Assembly: GCA_902761355.1 (NCBI GenBank)
Contig: CACWJY010000010.1
Coordinates: 21,207 to 85,206, forward strand
Origin: Fibrobacter succinogenes
GTDB lineage: Bacteria; Fibrobacterota; Fibrobacteria; Fibrobacterales; Fibrobacteraceae
Length of the DNA: 64,000 bases
Reading direction: 5' to 3'
Shown: piece by piece, positions 1 to 9,524 of the stretch
Numbering within the stretch: the stretch's first letter is position 1
Layout: every line of letters begins with the position of its first letter
Position numbers and translations under genes: made by a program
Notes under the pieces: model-generated
The model's input: the letters and a program-made list of their open reading frames with translations, nothing else
What the model was told of the DNA's origin: nothing
Database searches by the model: none

Positions 1-312
1 CCCCTTCATATTGGAATAGTTGTCGGAATCAACACTTTCGCGGTTACGGAAAATGAGAATCACGAGTGCAAGGCCCACGCAAGCTTCAGCAGCGGCCACC
101 GCAATAGAGAACAGCGGCACAATCTGGCCTGCCACACTTTCGGCAGCAGGGAGAGTTTTTGCAAAGCCTACAAAACTGAGGTTCACCGCATTCAGTGCAA
201 GTTCAACTCCCATGAGCACAAAGAACACGTTGCGGCGAGCAAGCGCGGTCACAAGGCCAAGGGTGAAGAGCACCAAGGCGAGAATCTGAATATAAATCGG
301 TTGGAGTTCCAT
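1..312 (-). CDS. nuoK: NADH-quinone oxidoreductase subunit K (3' end runs off window)
   Basis: Not in the ORF track. Manual translation from ATG 312 gives MELQPIYIQILALVLFTLGLVTALARRNVFFVLMGVELALNAVNL...AAAEACVGLAL, with typical NuoK motifs. Start overlaps the nuoJ stop (TAATG). Confidence 0.93.
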   Translation of the reverse strand, partial: MELQPIYIQILALVLFTLGLVTALARRNVFFVLMGVELALNAVNLSFVGFAKTLPAAESVAGQIVPLFSIAVAAAEACVGLALVILIFRNRESVDSDNYSNMKG

Positions 313-857
313 TACTTTTCCTCCTTTTCTTCGACGACAGCTTCGTCAGTTCCCAGGCGCTTTTTTGCCATAAGCACGGCAGCACCCATCGAAGAAAGCA
401 ACAACAAGCCAAGCACTTCGAAAAGCACGAAGTAACCCGGACCCGTCTGGGCAGTATCGAACAGGTTCTTGGAGGTCATCTCGACAGAGCCACGAAGCGT
501 AGAAGCATCGAAGCCGAGCGGCGAAAGCACCAGGGCAAAGCCAACAAGGCCAGCCAAGCCAAGCACGCCGATGACGACGAAAATCGAAACGCCATCAAAC
601 ATGGGCGTCTTATTGTCCTTTGCGGCGTTCAAGACCGAGATCACGAACACCAGGAGCATCATGATGGCACCGGCGTAAACCATAATCTGAACCACCCCGA
701 TAAAAGGGCTGCCCAGCAAGCCATAAATGCCAGCAAGGGAGAGCATGGTCAAAACGAGTGACAGACCACCGTAAAGCGGATGCTTAGACAGGAGCACGCA
801 AGCAGCGGCGCCCACAGCAATCACGGCAAGAATGATAAAGTAAATCAAGGCTAGCAT
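312..857 (-). CDS. nuoJ: NADH-quinone oxidoreductase subunit J
   Basis: Hydrophobic 181 aa with QIMVYAGAIMMLLVFV and FEVLGLLLL motifs; operon position. Confidence 0.93.
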   Translation of the reverse strand: MLALIYFIILAVIAVGAAACVLLSKHPLYGGLSLVLTMLSLAGIYGLLGSPFIGVVQIMVYAGAIMMLLVFVISVLNAAKDNKTPMFDGVSIFVVIGVLGLAGLVGFALVLSPLGFDASTLRGSVEMTSKNLFDTAQTGPGYFVLFEVLGLLLLSSMGAAVLMAKKRLGTDEAVVEEKEEK

Positions 858-1429
858 CAGTTTTTAACCTCCATTCCCCAGACCTTTCTGGCCTCGGCAT
901 TCTTGGTACCACCCGGAGCCTTCTGGCTCTGTTCGTCATCGGGGTAATCCTTCGGATCCCAGCTAGTGAGAGTCTTGAGGTTTGCCACGAATTCGTCGCG
1001 GGTGCGGTGTTCAAAGATGATTTCCTTAGTATCCATACGGAGCGCATCCACCGGGCAAGCTTCTACGCAAAGACCGCAGAACACACAAGTCAAATGGTCG
1101 ATATCGAAACGCTTGACTTTCTTTTCGATGCGCGGGTCATCGCTCGCAGTCGCTTCGATATAAATGCAATGAGCCGGGCAAGCCGCAGCACACATGCCGC
1201 AGGCCACGCAACGGGGGGTGCCATCGGGGCGCAGCATCAGGCGATGCTTTGCACGGTAAGTGCTACGGACTTCGGGCTGACCTTCCGGATAAGAAATCGT
1301 AGGCAAGGTTTCGTAGCGGAACAAGCCGCGGGCAGCATGCTTGAGCGTTGTCCACAAGCCGCGAATAGCCTCGAAAATATAGAGGCGTTCCACCCAGTTC
1401 ATGGGTCTTTGTCTAATAACGCGGGCCAT
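857..1429 (-). CDS. nuoI: NADH-quinone oxidoreductase subunit I
   Basis: Two CxxCxxCxxxCP motifs and TISYPE; lies between nuoH and nuoJ. Confidence 0.95.
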   Translation of the reverse strand: MARVIRQRPMNWVERLYIFEAIRGLWTTLKHAARGLFRYETLPTISYPEGQPEVRSTYRAKHRLMLRPDGTPRCVACGMCAAACPAHCIYIEATASDDPRIEKKVKRFDIDHLTCVFCGLCVEACPVDALRMDTKEIIFEHRTRDEFVANLKTLTSWDPKDYPDDEQSQKAPGGTKNAEARKVWGMEVKN

Positions 1430-2784
1430 TAGTTACCTCCCATCAACTTTGCAACCACTGCGGTCACAACGAGGTTCAAAATAGCGATATTCAAGATAAT
1501 CTTCCAACCAAGGTGCATCACGTGGTCATAACGGAAGCGCGGGAGCGTCCAGCGGACCCAAATCCACACCCAGCAGAAGAACACGCTCTTCACCAGGAGC
1601 ACCAGCAAGTGGATGAGAGCCGTACCGAGAGCAGCGCCCAGAGTATTCACGGCAACACCGTCAATCATGGTGATTTGCGGGTTGTAGAACATCCAAGAAG
1701 CAATACCGGCACCAATCAGTACCACAGCGGCAATCCAACCAATACCCTTATAAAGCTTGTATTCCTGCAGGATTTCCATCTTATTGGCCTGAGCAGAAGC
1801 GCGAAGCTTGCGGGAGTAGCGGTAGATCATGTGAAGGAATGCAAGAGCGAAGAATGCGAGCACCCAGCAGAGGATTGCAAGCGAACCACCCATGTGAGCC
1901 TGAATGGTTTCAGTCGTCACAAACGGGACCGAGTAACCGCCCAAGAAGAGCGTAGCCACCAAAAGGCTGCTGATGCAAATATGGGAGTATTCACCCATGT
2001 AGAAGAGGCCGAACTGCATGGCACCATATTCAGTATGGTAACCGGCAACCAGTTCAGGTTCACCTTCGGCCACGTCGAACGGAGCACGGCCTGTTTCAGC
2101 AATCGTTGCAATCAAGAAGCAGAAGAAAGCCACCGGCTGAGCCACAATGCCCCACACGTGATTTTCCTGCCAGCTCACGATATCGGTGAGGCTGAACGAA
2201 CCTGCGAGCACCAGGAGACCCATCATCGAAAGGCCCTGGCAAACTTCGTAGCTAATGGTCATTGCAGTTGTACGCAGAGAACCAAGATAGCTGTACTTAG
2301 AACGGGAGCTAAGGCCTGCAAGGACAGCACCGTAAGCAGACAGCGAGCTGAAACCGAACAGGAGCAAGATGCCCACTTCGGAATCAAGAATCGGGCCTGC
2401 AATGCGGACCACATGGCCACCCCAGTCAAAGACCATCGGGCCAAACCAAGGAATCACGCACGGGCTAAGGAACACAATCGCAAACGGGATTGCCGGAGCG
2501 ATATAGTAAAGCATCTTCTTGGAACCGCTTGGAGCAAACATTTCTTTGAAGAAAAGCTTGGTACCGTCGCACATGTTCTGCACATAGCCGAGCAAGCGGA
2601 CCTTACCGAAATACGGAACCTTGATGTAGGAACGGTTCGGACCCTGACGGTCCTGCATAAAGCCCGCACCACGGCGTTCCATAGGAATCAACAACAAGAT
2701 GTAAAGGACCGGCACAAAGCAGAAGCCGAACTTCGCAATGGTAATGACCCATTCCACCCAGGTTTTGGATTCAATGATATCCAT
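1429..2784 (-). CDS. nuoH: NADH-quinone oxidoreductase subunit H (with ~100-aa insertion)
   Basis: ERR..GFMQDRQGPN, AETGRAPFDVAEGEPELVAGYHTEY and RWTLPRFRYD motifs. Confidence 0.95.
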   Translation of the reverse strand: MDIIESKTWVEWVITIAKFGFCFVPVLYILLLIPMERRGAGFMQDRQGPNRSYIKVPYFGKVRLLGYVQNMCDGTKLFFKEMFAPSGSKKMLYYIAPAIPFAIVFLSPCVIPWFGPMVFDWGGHVVRIAGPILDSEVGILLLFGFSSLSAYGAVLAGLSSRSKYSYLGSLRTTAMTISYEVCQGLSMMGLLVLAGSFSLTDIVSWQENHVWGIVAQPVAFFCFLIATIAETGRAPFDVAEGEPELVAGYHTEYGAMQFGLFYMGEYSHICISSLLVATLFLGGYSVPFVTTETIQAHMGGSLAILCWVLAFFALAFLHMIYRYSRKLRASAQANKMEILQEYKLYKGIGWIAAVVLIGAGIASWMFYNPQITMIDGVAVNTLGAALGTALIHLLVLLVKSVFFCWVWIWVRWTLPRFRYDHVMHLGWKIILNIAILNLVVTAVVAKLMGGN

Positions 2785-4427
2785 TAGGCGTTACCTCCTT
2801 CGAGCAACTTGCCTGTACTCTTGATGGTATCGTAAGAAAGTCCCGAGAGGACGCTGGCGTATTCGCCCGCCTTTTTGAAGGCATCGAATGCAGTTTCGAA
2901 CTTGCTACCAGCAAGGTCAGAAAGCACATCGTAAGCCGGACGAAGTTTTTCGTCGGGGCATACCGGGCAAGCGTTCAACTTCTGCAAGATGTTCAGGCTA
3001 TTCACCATGGTACCCTGGATTTCGCTCCAATGGCGGATACCGAAAGCGAGAGTTGCCTTTTGGGCTGTCGCATCGTTAAACGGAGTGAAAGCGATACGGG
3101 TCGGAATCTTTTCGAGGGCTGCAGCGGCAGCACCGCCGTCACCGAAGATATCGTTATTCACCGTAATCAGCACCTTGAATTCAGGAGCACCCTTTACCAG
3201 GTCTCCCCTGACGCGGTCAACAAGATTGTCGATGTTGTCGTCAGGAATTCCAAGCAGCTTGAAACCGGCGCGGTTTGCAAGCGGGTCACCACTCATGGCG
3301 ATGCCATCGGGGGCACCCACCTTCTTGAAGGTGCCGCCGAAAAGTTCGGCGGAGTCGCCCAAAGCTTCCTTGAGCATACGGAGTGCAGCGAGATCTTCGA
3401 TGGTGCAAGAGCCACCAGCAACAAGGGCGACCTTGCCCCCGTTCTTCTTGGCTTCTGCAATCGCTTCCTGAATCACATGGAAGCCCATGGCAGGCAAGCG
3501 GTTCTTGTCGAAGTTCTGGAATGCGAGGCGGCTCGTATTAGAGAGCCAGCTGCGGTTCACTTCGGGGTTGCAACGCGGCATCACACGGTAAATGTGACCA
3601 TCGGCGTAGTCCAGCCAAATATTTGCACCGAGAGAGTCATCCATCGAAACCGTCGGCGTGTGGGACAGGAGCCATACACGCTTCTGGAAACGGAAGTACT
3701 TCGCGGTCATGGCGCCCACGGGGCAAACGTCAGTCACGCACAAGTCGTATTCGTGATCGAGCTTTTCACCCGGGAACGTCGTAATGTAGGTATGGTCGGC
3801 GCGGCCAGCGAGCTGCAGCTGTTCGGAACCGGCAATCGTACGCATGAAGCGCACGCAACGGTCGCACTGCACGCAACGTTCTTCGTCGAGCAACACGCGG
3901 GGACCGAGATCCACGTGCTTACCGCCACGGAGCTGACCCTTGGCATCAATGAACTGATGAGCCGGATTGCCGTGGTAGTTCTTGCCATATTCGGGGCGCA
4001 TGCGGGATTCGTTCTGACCCGCTTCCATAAAGTTTTCCTGCAAGGTGCATTCACCGGCCTTGTCGCAAATCGGGCAATCGAGCGGGTGGTTCACCAGCAT
4101 GAATTCCTGCGTTGCCTTGCGGGCATTCTTCACACGAGCAGAGGATGCCGGCGTGTAGATTTTCATACCCGGAGCAACCGGCGTATAGCAGGCAATCACG
4201 AGCATACGGCCACGCGGGCCTTCTTGCTCCACCAGGCACTGGCGGCAGTTACCGGACACCGGCAAATACGGGTGGTAACAGACGTGAGGAGTTTCAATCC
4301 CGATAGCCTTCAGGGCTTCGAGGAGGTTTGTATCGCCTGGAACCATCACCGGCTTGTCGTCCACGAAGATTTCCACCTTCGGGCTATTCTCGGTCGGGAG
4401 TTTCGGCATGTTGTAGTAGTTACTCAT
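2784..4427 (-). CDS. nuoG: NADH-quinone oxidoreductase subunit G (short form)
   Basis: CYHP..GNCRQCLVE, NHPLDCPICDKAGECTLQ and RCVQCDRCVRF motifs. Start moved to ATG 4427 (MSNYY), just after the nuoF stop. Confidence 0.92.
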   Translation of the reverse strand: MSNYYNMPKLPTENSPKVEIFVDDKPVMVPGDTNLLEALKAIGIETPHVCYHPYLPVSGNCRQCLVEQEGPRGRMLVIACYTPVAPGMKIYTPASSARVKNARKATQEFMLVNHPLDCPICDKAGECTLQENFMEAGQNESRMRPEYGKNYHGNPAHQFIDAKGQLRGGKHVDLGPRVLLDEERCVQCDRCVRFMRTIAGSEQLQLAGRADHTYITTFPGEKLDHEYDLCVTDVCPVGAMTAKYFRFQKRVWLLSHTPTVSMDDSLGANIWLDYADGHIYRVMPRCNPEVNRSWLSNTSRLAFQNFDKNRLPAMGFHVIQEAIAEAKKNGGKVALVAGGSCTIEDLAALRMLKEALGDSAELFGGTFKKVGAPDGIAMSGDPLANRAGFKLLGIPDDNIDNLVDRVRGDLVKGAPEFKVLITVNNDIFGDGGAAAAALEKIPTRIAFTPFNDATAQKATLAFGIRHWSEIQGTMVNSLNILQKLNACPVCPDEKLRPAYDVLSDLAGSKFETAFDAFKKAGEYASVLSGLSYDTIKSTGKLLEGGNA

Positions 4428-4431
4428 ATTA

Positions 4432-5739
4432 TTACCAGAAAATTCCAGGACGATAGTTTTCCTGAACACGCGGCTTGGCATGTTCGGGGTTCTTTGCAAT
4501 CAATTCATCGAAGTCGGCTCTGAACTTTGCGGTGTAGCTAGACACCGGGCCACCGAGAGAAATGGAAAGCGGGCAAATCGTCACGCCGCCAAATCCACCG
4601 GAGAGGCTCTGCATCAGTTCCACGTCGCCATCGTGGCCCTTGCCTTCCACAATCTGGTTCAGAATGCGGTGCAGAAGGCCCGTACCTTCGCGGCACGGAG
4701 TGCACTGGCCGCAAGATTCGTGGCTGTAGAAGTTGCCGAGCACGTTCAGGAGTTCAGCCATGTTGTGCGTATCGTTTATCACGATCATGGCGCCCGAACC
4801 GAACATCGTCTTCATCGAGGCGAGGCATTCGTAGTCCATGGTGGCCACGGCGCATTCGCCTGCGTTCAGCGGAGCGCAAGAAGAGCCACCCGGAAGCACA
4901 GCCTTCAGGTTTCCGCCCACGACACCGCCGGCATAATCATTAATCATCGTCATCATCGGAGTGCCAAGCGGAGCTTCGTACACACCCGGATTCTTCACGT
5001 CACCCGAGATGCAGAACACCTTGGTACCACCTGCACGGGGAGTACCCATCTTGGCGTATTCGCTCGGATCGTGCTGGAAGATCCACGGGAGAGCCATGAT
5101 GGTTTCCACGTTGTTCACGCAAGTCGGAGACTTCCATGCACCGCTCACCGCCGGGAAAGGCGGCTTCAGACGGGGCTGACCCTTCTGGCCTTCGAGAGAG
5201 TTAATAAGAGCAGTTTCTTCACCGCAAATGTAGGCGCCAGCGCCACGGTGAACAAAGATATCGAAACTGAACTTGGTTCCGCAAATGTTTTCGCCGAGGT
5301 AACCGGCGGCATATGCCTGGTTCAAAGCCTTATTGAGGCTTTCAATGCAGGGCAGGAATTCGCCACGGCAGTAGATGTATGCGGCGCGGCTACCAAGAGC
5401 CCAAGCAGCAATAATCAAGCCTTCGATCAAGCGGTGCGGATCTTCCATCATCAGGAAGTGATCCTTGAACGTACCGCCTTCGCCTTCGTCAGCGTTCACC
5501 ACGATGTACACGGGCTTGCCGGAATTGCGCGGAACAAAGCTCCACTTCATACCGGTCGGGAAGCCTGCACCGCCACGGCCACGGAGACCGGAACGCTGCA
5601 CGTAGTCAATCACTTCGAACTGGCTCATGTTGAACAAGCGATCCGAAATGTTTGCGTAGCCGCCCAGTTTCTTGTAGACTTCAATGTCCTGGGCGCCCTT
5701 GCCAAAATTTCCTGTACAAACTTTTACTACTTCAGCCAT
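4432..5739 (-). CDS. nuoF: NADH-quinone oxidoreductase subunit F
   Basis: GLRGRGGAGFPTGMKW, GAGAYICGEETAL and ESCGQCTPCREG motifs. Confidence 0.96.
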   Translation of the reverse strand: MAEVVKVCTGNFGKGAQDIEVYKKLGGYANISDRLFNMSQFEVIDYVQRSGLRGRGGAGFPTGMKWSFVPRNSGKPVYIVVNADEGEGGTFKDHFLMMEDPHRLIEGLIIAAWALGSRAAYIYCRGEFLPCIESLNKALNQAYAAGYLGENICGTKFSFDIFVHRGAGAYICGEETALINSLEGQKGQPRLKPPFPAVSGAWKSPTCVNNVETIMALPWIFQHDPSEYAKMGTPRAGGTKVFCISGDVKNPGVYEAPLGTPMMTMINDYAGGVVGGNLKAVLPGGSSCAPLNAGECAVATMDYECLASMKTMFGSGAMIVINDTHNMAELLNVLGNFYSHESCGQCTPCREGTGLLHRILNQIVEGKGHDGDVELMQSLSGGFGGVTICPLSISLGGPVSSYTAKFRADFDELIAKNPEHAKPRVQENYRPGIFW

Positions 5740-5741
5740 AA

Positions 5742-6812
5742 TTACTTAGCCTCCTCTACCGGAGCGGGCTTCTGAGTGGTAACCGCTTCCTTGGAAGGTT
5801 TTGCAGTGCGTTCGCCCGAAGTGGCAATCATGCGGTACACATCGCCGACCTTACCGGCTGCGTCCACAAAAGCCTTGTCCTTCACGCCGGGTTCACCGAC
5901 AGCGACCCAGGCGACCCAGTTGCTGCCGTCCTTCTTTTCGACGACAATCTTCGTGAATTCAGGAGCGCCCTTCCAAGTGAGGGTAGCACCATTTTCGTCA
6001 GCTTCAGCCTTCACGTTCAACACCGGAGAAGGCGGAGCATAGTCAGCAACCTGCGGCTTTGCCGTAGCGCCCGGAGCACCGGGGTGACCGCCGTGGCCCT
6101 TCACGATTCCGCCCAGCACATCGTGCTTCGGAATGTTGTTCGCGTGAGCCTTGCACCAGTCGATAATGCGATCGATGCTTGCTTCGGTCAGAGTCGTACC
6201 ACGCTTCATCTTGAGCTGACCGTCGACCACGTCGGTAGCGAAGTCATCGTTCACCAGCATCATCGGGCCATTGCCGCAGCTACCCAGGCATTCCACCTGG
6301 AGCACGGTAAACATGCCGTCGGGAGTCGTCTCGCCGCTCTTAACGCCGAGCTTGTTTTCGACATACTTGATGAGCGGCTGAGCCCCCTTGATGGCGCAGC
6401 TGATGTTGCGGCAGAACTGCAACAGGAACTTGCCCTTGGGGGCGTGGTTGTACATGGTATAGAAAGTAGCGACGCCGAGAGCATGAGCCGGAGCGCAACC
6501 GCAGACGTTCGCCGCCCAGCGGATACCTTCGGTCGGAACCCAGCCGAACACACCCTGCACCAGCCAAAGGACTTCAAGTAGAGCGCCCTGGCCCACCGGA
6601 TAACGGCTAAGCAAGTCGGCGCAACGTTCCTTGATTTCAGGAGTGTCAAGCTTTGCAAGCACTTCCTTCGGAGCGGGCTGCGGAACAGCCTTGTTCACGT
6701 AGCCAAAAGTCTGACCCGGATCCGGGAGAGCGGGAATCGCTTCGCTCGGGCCGTCGAACTTCAAGTGGTTATTCGATACAAACTGAACTGCACCTTGAAT
6801 ATGTTGTGTCAT
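5742..6812 (-). CDS. nuoE: NADH-quinone oxidoreductase subunit E with N- and C-terminal extensions
   Basis: VATFYTMY and the [2Fe-2S] ligands CRNISC...ECLGSC; 356 aa, well above a typical NuoE core. Confidence 0.92.
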   Translation of the reverse strand: MTQHIQGAVQFVSNNHLKFDGPSEAIPALPDPGQTFGYVNKAVPQPAPKEVLAKLDTPEIKERCADLLSRYPVGQGALLEVLWLVQGVFGWVPTEGIRWAANVCGCAPAHALGVATFYTMYNHAPKGKFLLQFCRNISCAIKGAQPLIKYVENKLGVKSGETTPDGMFTVLQVECLGSCGNGPMMLVNDDFATDVVDGQLKMKRGTTLTEASIDRIIDWCKAHANNIPKHDVLGGIVKGHGGHPGAPGATAKPQVADYAPPSPVLNVKAEADENGATLTWKGAPEFTKIVVEKKDGSNWVAWVAVGEPGVKDKAFVDAAGKVGDVYRMIATSGERTAKPSKEAVTTQKPAPVEEAK

Positions 6813-8002
6813 CGGTCAAGTTCTCCAGCAATCATGTTGAGGCCAGGCAGTGTTGCCATAGAGTCGGCAAGGGTAAGGCCTTCGACTAGTTCGTTAAATG
6901 CAGACACATGGGCAAACGACGGGGAACGCACCTTGATGCGGTACGGGTGGCCGCTACCATCCGAAACGATGGTAAAGCCGAGTTCGCCGTTAGCGCATTC
7001 GCTTGCGCAGTAGTATTCGCCTTCGGGCACGCGGATGCCTTCGTACACGCTCTTGAAGCGGCCGATAAGAGCTTCCATGTCCTGGTAGGCCAGCTTGTGC
7101 GCGGGCACGCGGATGCGTGGGTCAACGATGTCGACCGGGCCCGGAGCGAGACGCTTCAGGGCCTGACGCACAATCTTCACAGATTCTTCGATTTCGGCAA
7201 GGCGCACCTGCAGACGGTCGTTGGCGTCGCCCTGGGTACCAACCACGACTTCCCAGTCGTAGGTTTCATAGTCGTAGTAAGGTTCATCCTTGCGGAGGTC
7301 GCTTTCGACACCCGTCGCACGGAGACACGGACCGGTCCAGCCGTAGCTGATGGCACGTTCAGCAGAAATCTTGCCGACGCCCACGGTACGGTCGAGGAAG
7401 ATACGGTTACGGTCCAAGCAAGCGTGCAGGTCCTTGAGGGCCTTTTCCACCGACTTGCAAGCAGCGAGAACGTCGTCTTCGAAACCGTCGTAGCTGTCGC
7501 GGTAGAGGCCGCCAATGCGGGCAAAGCTGTTGGTGAGGCGAGCGCCCGTGAGCTTTTCCCAAATCAGCATGATTTCTTCACGCGGGTTAAAAGCGTACAT
7601 GAACGGAGTCGTACCGCCCAAATCCTGGAAGGCTGCAGCCACGCAAATAAAGTGGTCGTTGATACGGGAGAGTTCGTTCACAATCACGCGGAGCACCTTG
7701 GTGCGTTCCGGGATTTCGATACCGTACATGTTTTCGACAGCGCGGCAGAATGCAATGTTGTTCATCATTGCAGAGCAGTAGTTCAAGCGGTCGGTGTACG
7801 GGATCACCTGCTGCCAGGTGCCGCGTTCGACCATCTTTTCGAAGCCGCGGTGCATAAAGCCGATTTCATGGACACCGGCCACGATGGTTTCGCCATCGAG
7901 GGCAGCCAGCAGGCGCACGCAGTGGTGAGTCGCCGGATGCGTCGGGCCCACGTTCAGGGCCATCAGGTTCATCTTTTCGCCATTCGGGTCAAGTACGATC
8001 AT
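6809..8002 (-). CDS. nuoD: NADH-quinone oxidoreductase subunit D
   Basis: [24 protein letters not shown] and terminal GELDR motifs. Confidence 0.96.
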   Translation of the reverse strand: MIVLDPNGEKMNLMALNVGPTHPATHHCVRLLAALDGETIVAGVHEIGFMHRGFEKMVERGTWQQVIPYTDRLNYCSAMMNNIAFCRAVENMYGIEIPERTKVLRVIVNELSRINDHFICVAAAFQDLGGTTPFMYAFNPREEIMLIWEKLTGARLTNSFARIGGLYRDSYDGFEDDVLAACKSVEKALKDLHACLDRNRIFLDRTVGVGKISAERAISYGWTGPCLRATGVESDLRKDEPYYDYETYDWEVVVGTQGDANDRLQVRLAEIEESVKIVRQALKRLAPGPVDIVDPRIRVPAHKLAYQDMEALIGRFKSVYEGIRVPEGEYYCASECANGELGFTIVSDGSGHPYRIKVRSPSFAHVSAFNELVEGLTLADSMATLPGLNMIAGELDR

Positions 8003-8598
8003 TCTCTGATACTCCCTTCAAGATATTCTTCTTCGACAGGCATGATTTCCTTGGAGCGCTGGATTACCTTGTAACCCTTATCTTCCAGACGCTTTTCGAG
8101 TTCCGGAATCAAGAAATCAGTCGTCGAGAGCCACTGGCGCTTCTGGGCAGGATAATCCTTACGCAGCGGATGGCCCACAAATTCAACATGGTTCAAAATA
8201 CGGCGCAGGTCCGGGTGACCCGTGAACACGATACCGAACTGGTCATAGACTTCACGTTCAAGCCAGTTGGCACTTGCATACAAATCAGTCACGGTCGGCA
8301 CCTTCAGGTCGGCTTCGCTGACTAGCACCTTAAGACGGACGCGACGCCCCGGATTCTTCACGCTCTTGAAAGCATAGCTCACGGCAAAACGCGGACCTTC
8401 ATGGTTCGGGTATGTCAGGTAGTCGATACCGGCCAAATCCAACAGCATATCCATCTGCATCGAAGCGTCATTCTTCAGGAATTCGACGGCATTGTGCAGG
8501 TATTCCTTGGGGACCACCACGCAGGCATCCCACTTGGCCTTTTCATCACGCGTGGCGCCAAACTTGGATTCTAGAATGTCAATCACGGATTCCATCAT
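7999..8598 (-). CDS. nuoC: NADH-quinone oxidoreductase subunit C
   Basis: [26 protein letters not shown]...GHPLRKDYP. Confidence 0.96.
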   Translation of the reverse strand: MMESVIDILESKFGATRDEKAKWDACVVVPKEYLHNAVEFLKNDASMQMDMLLDLAGIDYLTYPNHEGPRFAVSYAFKSVKNPGRRVRLKVLVSEADLKVPTVTDLYASANWLEREVYDQFGIVFTGHPDLRRILNHVEFVGHPLRKDYPAQKRQWLSTTDFLIPELEKRLEDKGYKVIQRSKEIMPVEEEYLEGSIRE

Positions 8599-9233
8599 TA
8601 CTCCTTCCAGAACTGGGCTTTCTTGACAAGTTCCTGTTCCTTTTCAGCCACAAATTCCTTGATTTCGGCAGTCTTTTCACGAGCAAACGCACGGGCTTCC
8701 GCCTTTGCCTGTTCGGTCTTCGCCTTGATCATTTCGAGCTGGTCTTTCACGCGTTCGGCGCGCTGCTTCATGTAAGACTCGTCCTTAATCTTCTTTTGGA
8801 GGTCAAACATCGCTTCGAAGAATGCTTCCGGACGGGAGGGGCAACCACCAATATAAACGTCCACCGGAATAATATGGTCAATACCCGGCACCGTGCAATA
8901 GCAGTCATAAAAACCGCCAGAGCTGGCGCAAGCACCCATGGCAATCACCCAACGCGGTTCAGCCATCTGCTCATACATGCGCTTGAGGATCGGAGCCTGC
9001 TTATAAGAAATGGTACCCGCGACCAACAGCACATCGGACTGACGCGGCGTAAAACGCACATATTCAGACCCGATACGGGACAAGTCGTAGCGACCCACTT
9101 CGGTACTCATGAATTCGATTGCACAGCATGCCGTACCATAAGGGAACGGCCACAGGGAGTTCGTTCGGCCCCAGTTGACTAAGAAATCAAGCGAGGTCGT
9201 AATGAAATTCGGCTTTTCTGCCTCATTACTCAT
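8598..9233 (-). CDS. nuoB: NADH-quinone oxidoreductase subunit B
   Basis: [17 protein letters not shown] and VDVYIGGCP motifs; C-terminal charged extension. Confidence 0.96.
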   Translation of the reverse strand: MSNEAEKPNFITTSLDFLVNWGRTNSLWPFPYGTACCAIEFMSTEVGRYDLSRIGSEYVRFTPRQSDVLLVAGTISYKQAPILKRMYEQMAEPRWVIAMGACASSGGFYDCYCTVPGIDHIIPVDVYIGGCPSRPEAFFEAMFDLQKKIKDESYMKQRAERVKDQLEMIKAKTEQAKAEARAFAREKTAEIKEFVAEKEQELVKKAQFWKE

Positions 9234-9524
9234 AGGAGGTTACCTCATAAAATGCGGGATTAAAGATAGAAAAGTTCAGAGTCCACATTTATAAAATCAG
9301 GGATAGTAACTAAAAAAGAATCTTCTCCAAGGCAAAAAAAACTTATGTCAGAATTAGACAAAGCTAACATAAATGTGTGCTTCAGTGATAAACCGCTTTG
9401 AATAAAGCCCTAAAACAGTCTATTGAAAAAAACACCCCCATTTTTACACCGCAGCGAAATTACATTTGCTTTTTCTGTAAGTTTTTTTTAAATTTGGTTC
9501 CGGTTTTGGTATATTGAGGATGCA

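Noticed and set aside
4428-4499. ORF-track N-terminal extension of nuoG (likewise for DMT, yfhO-like, fic, HAD, methyltransferase and paralog 1)
   Set aside because: The extensions overlap neighbouring genes or promoter-like boxes; downstream ATGs fit better.
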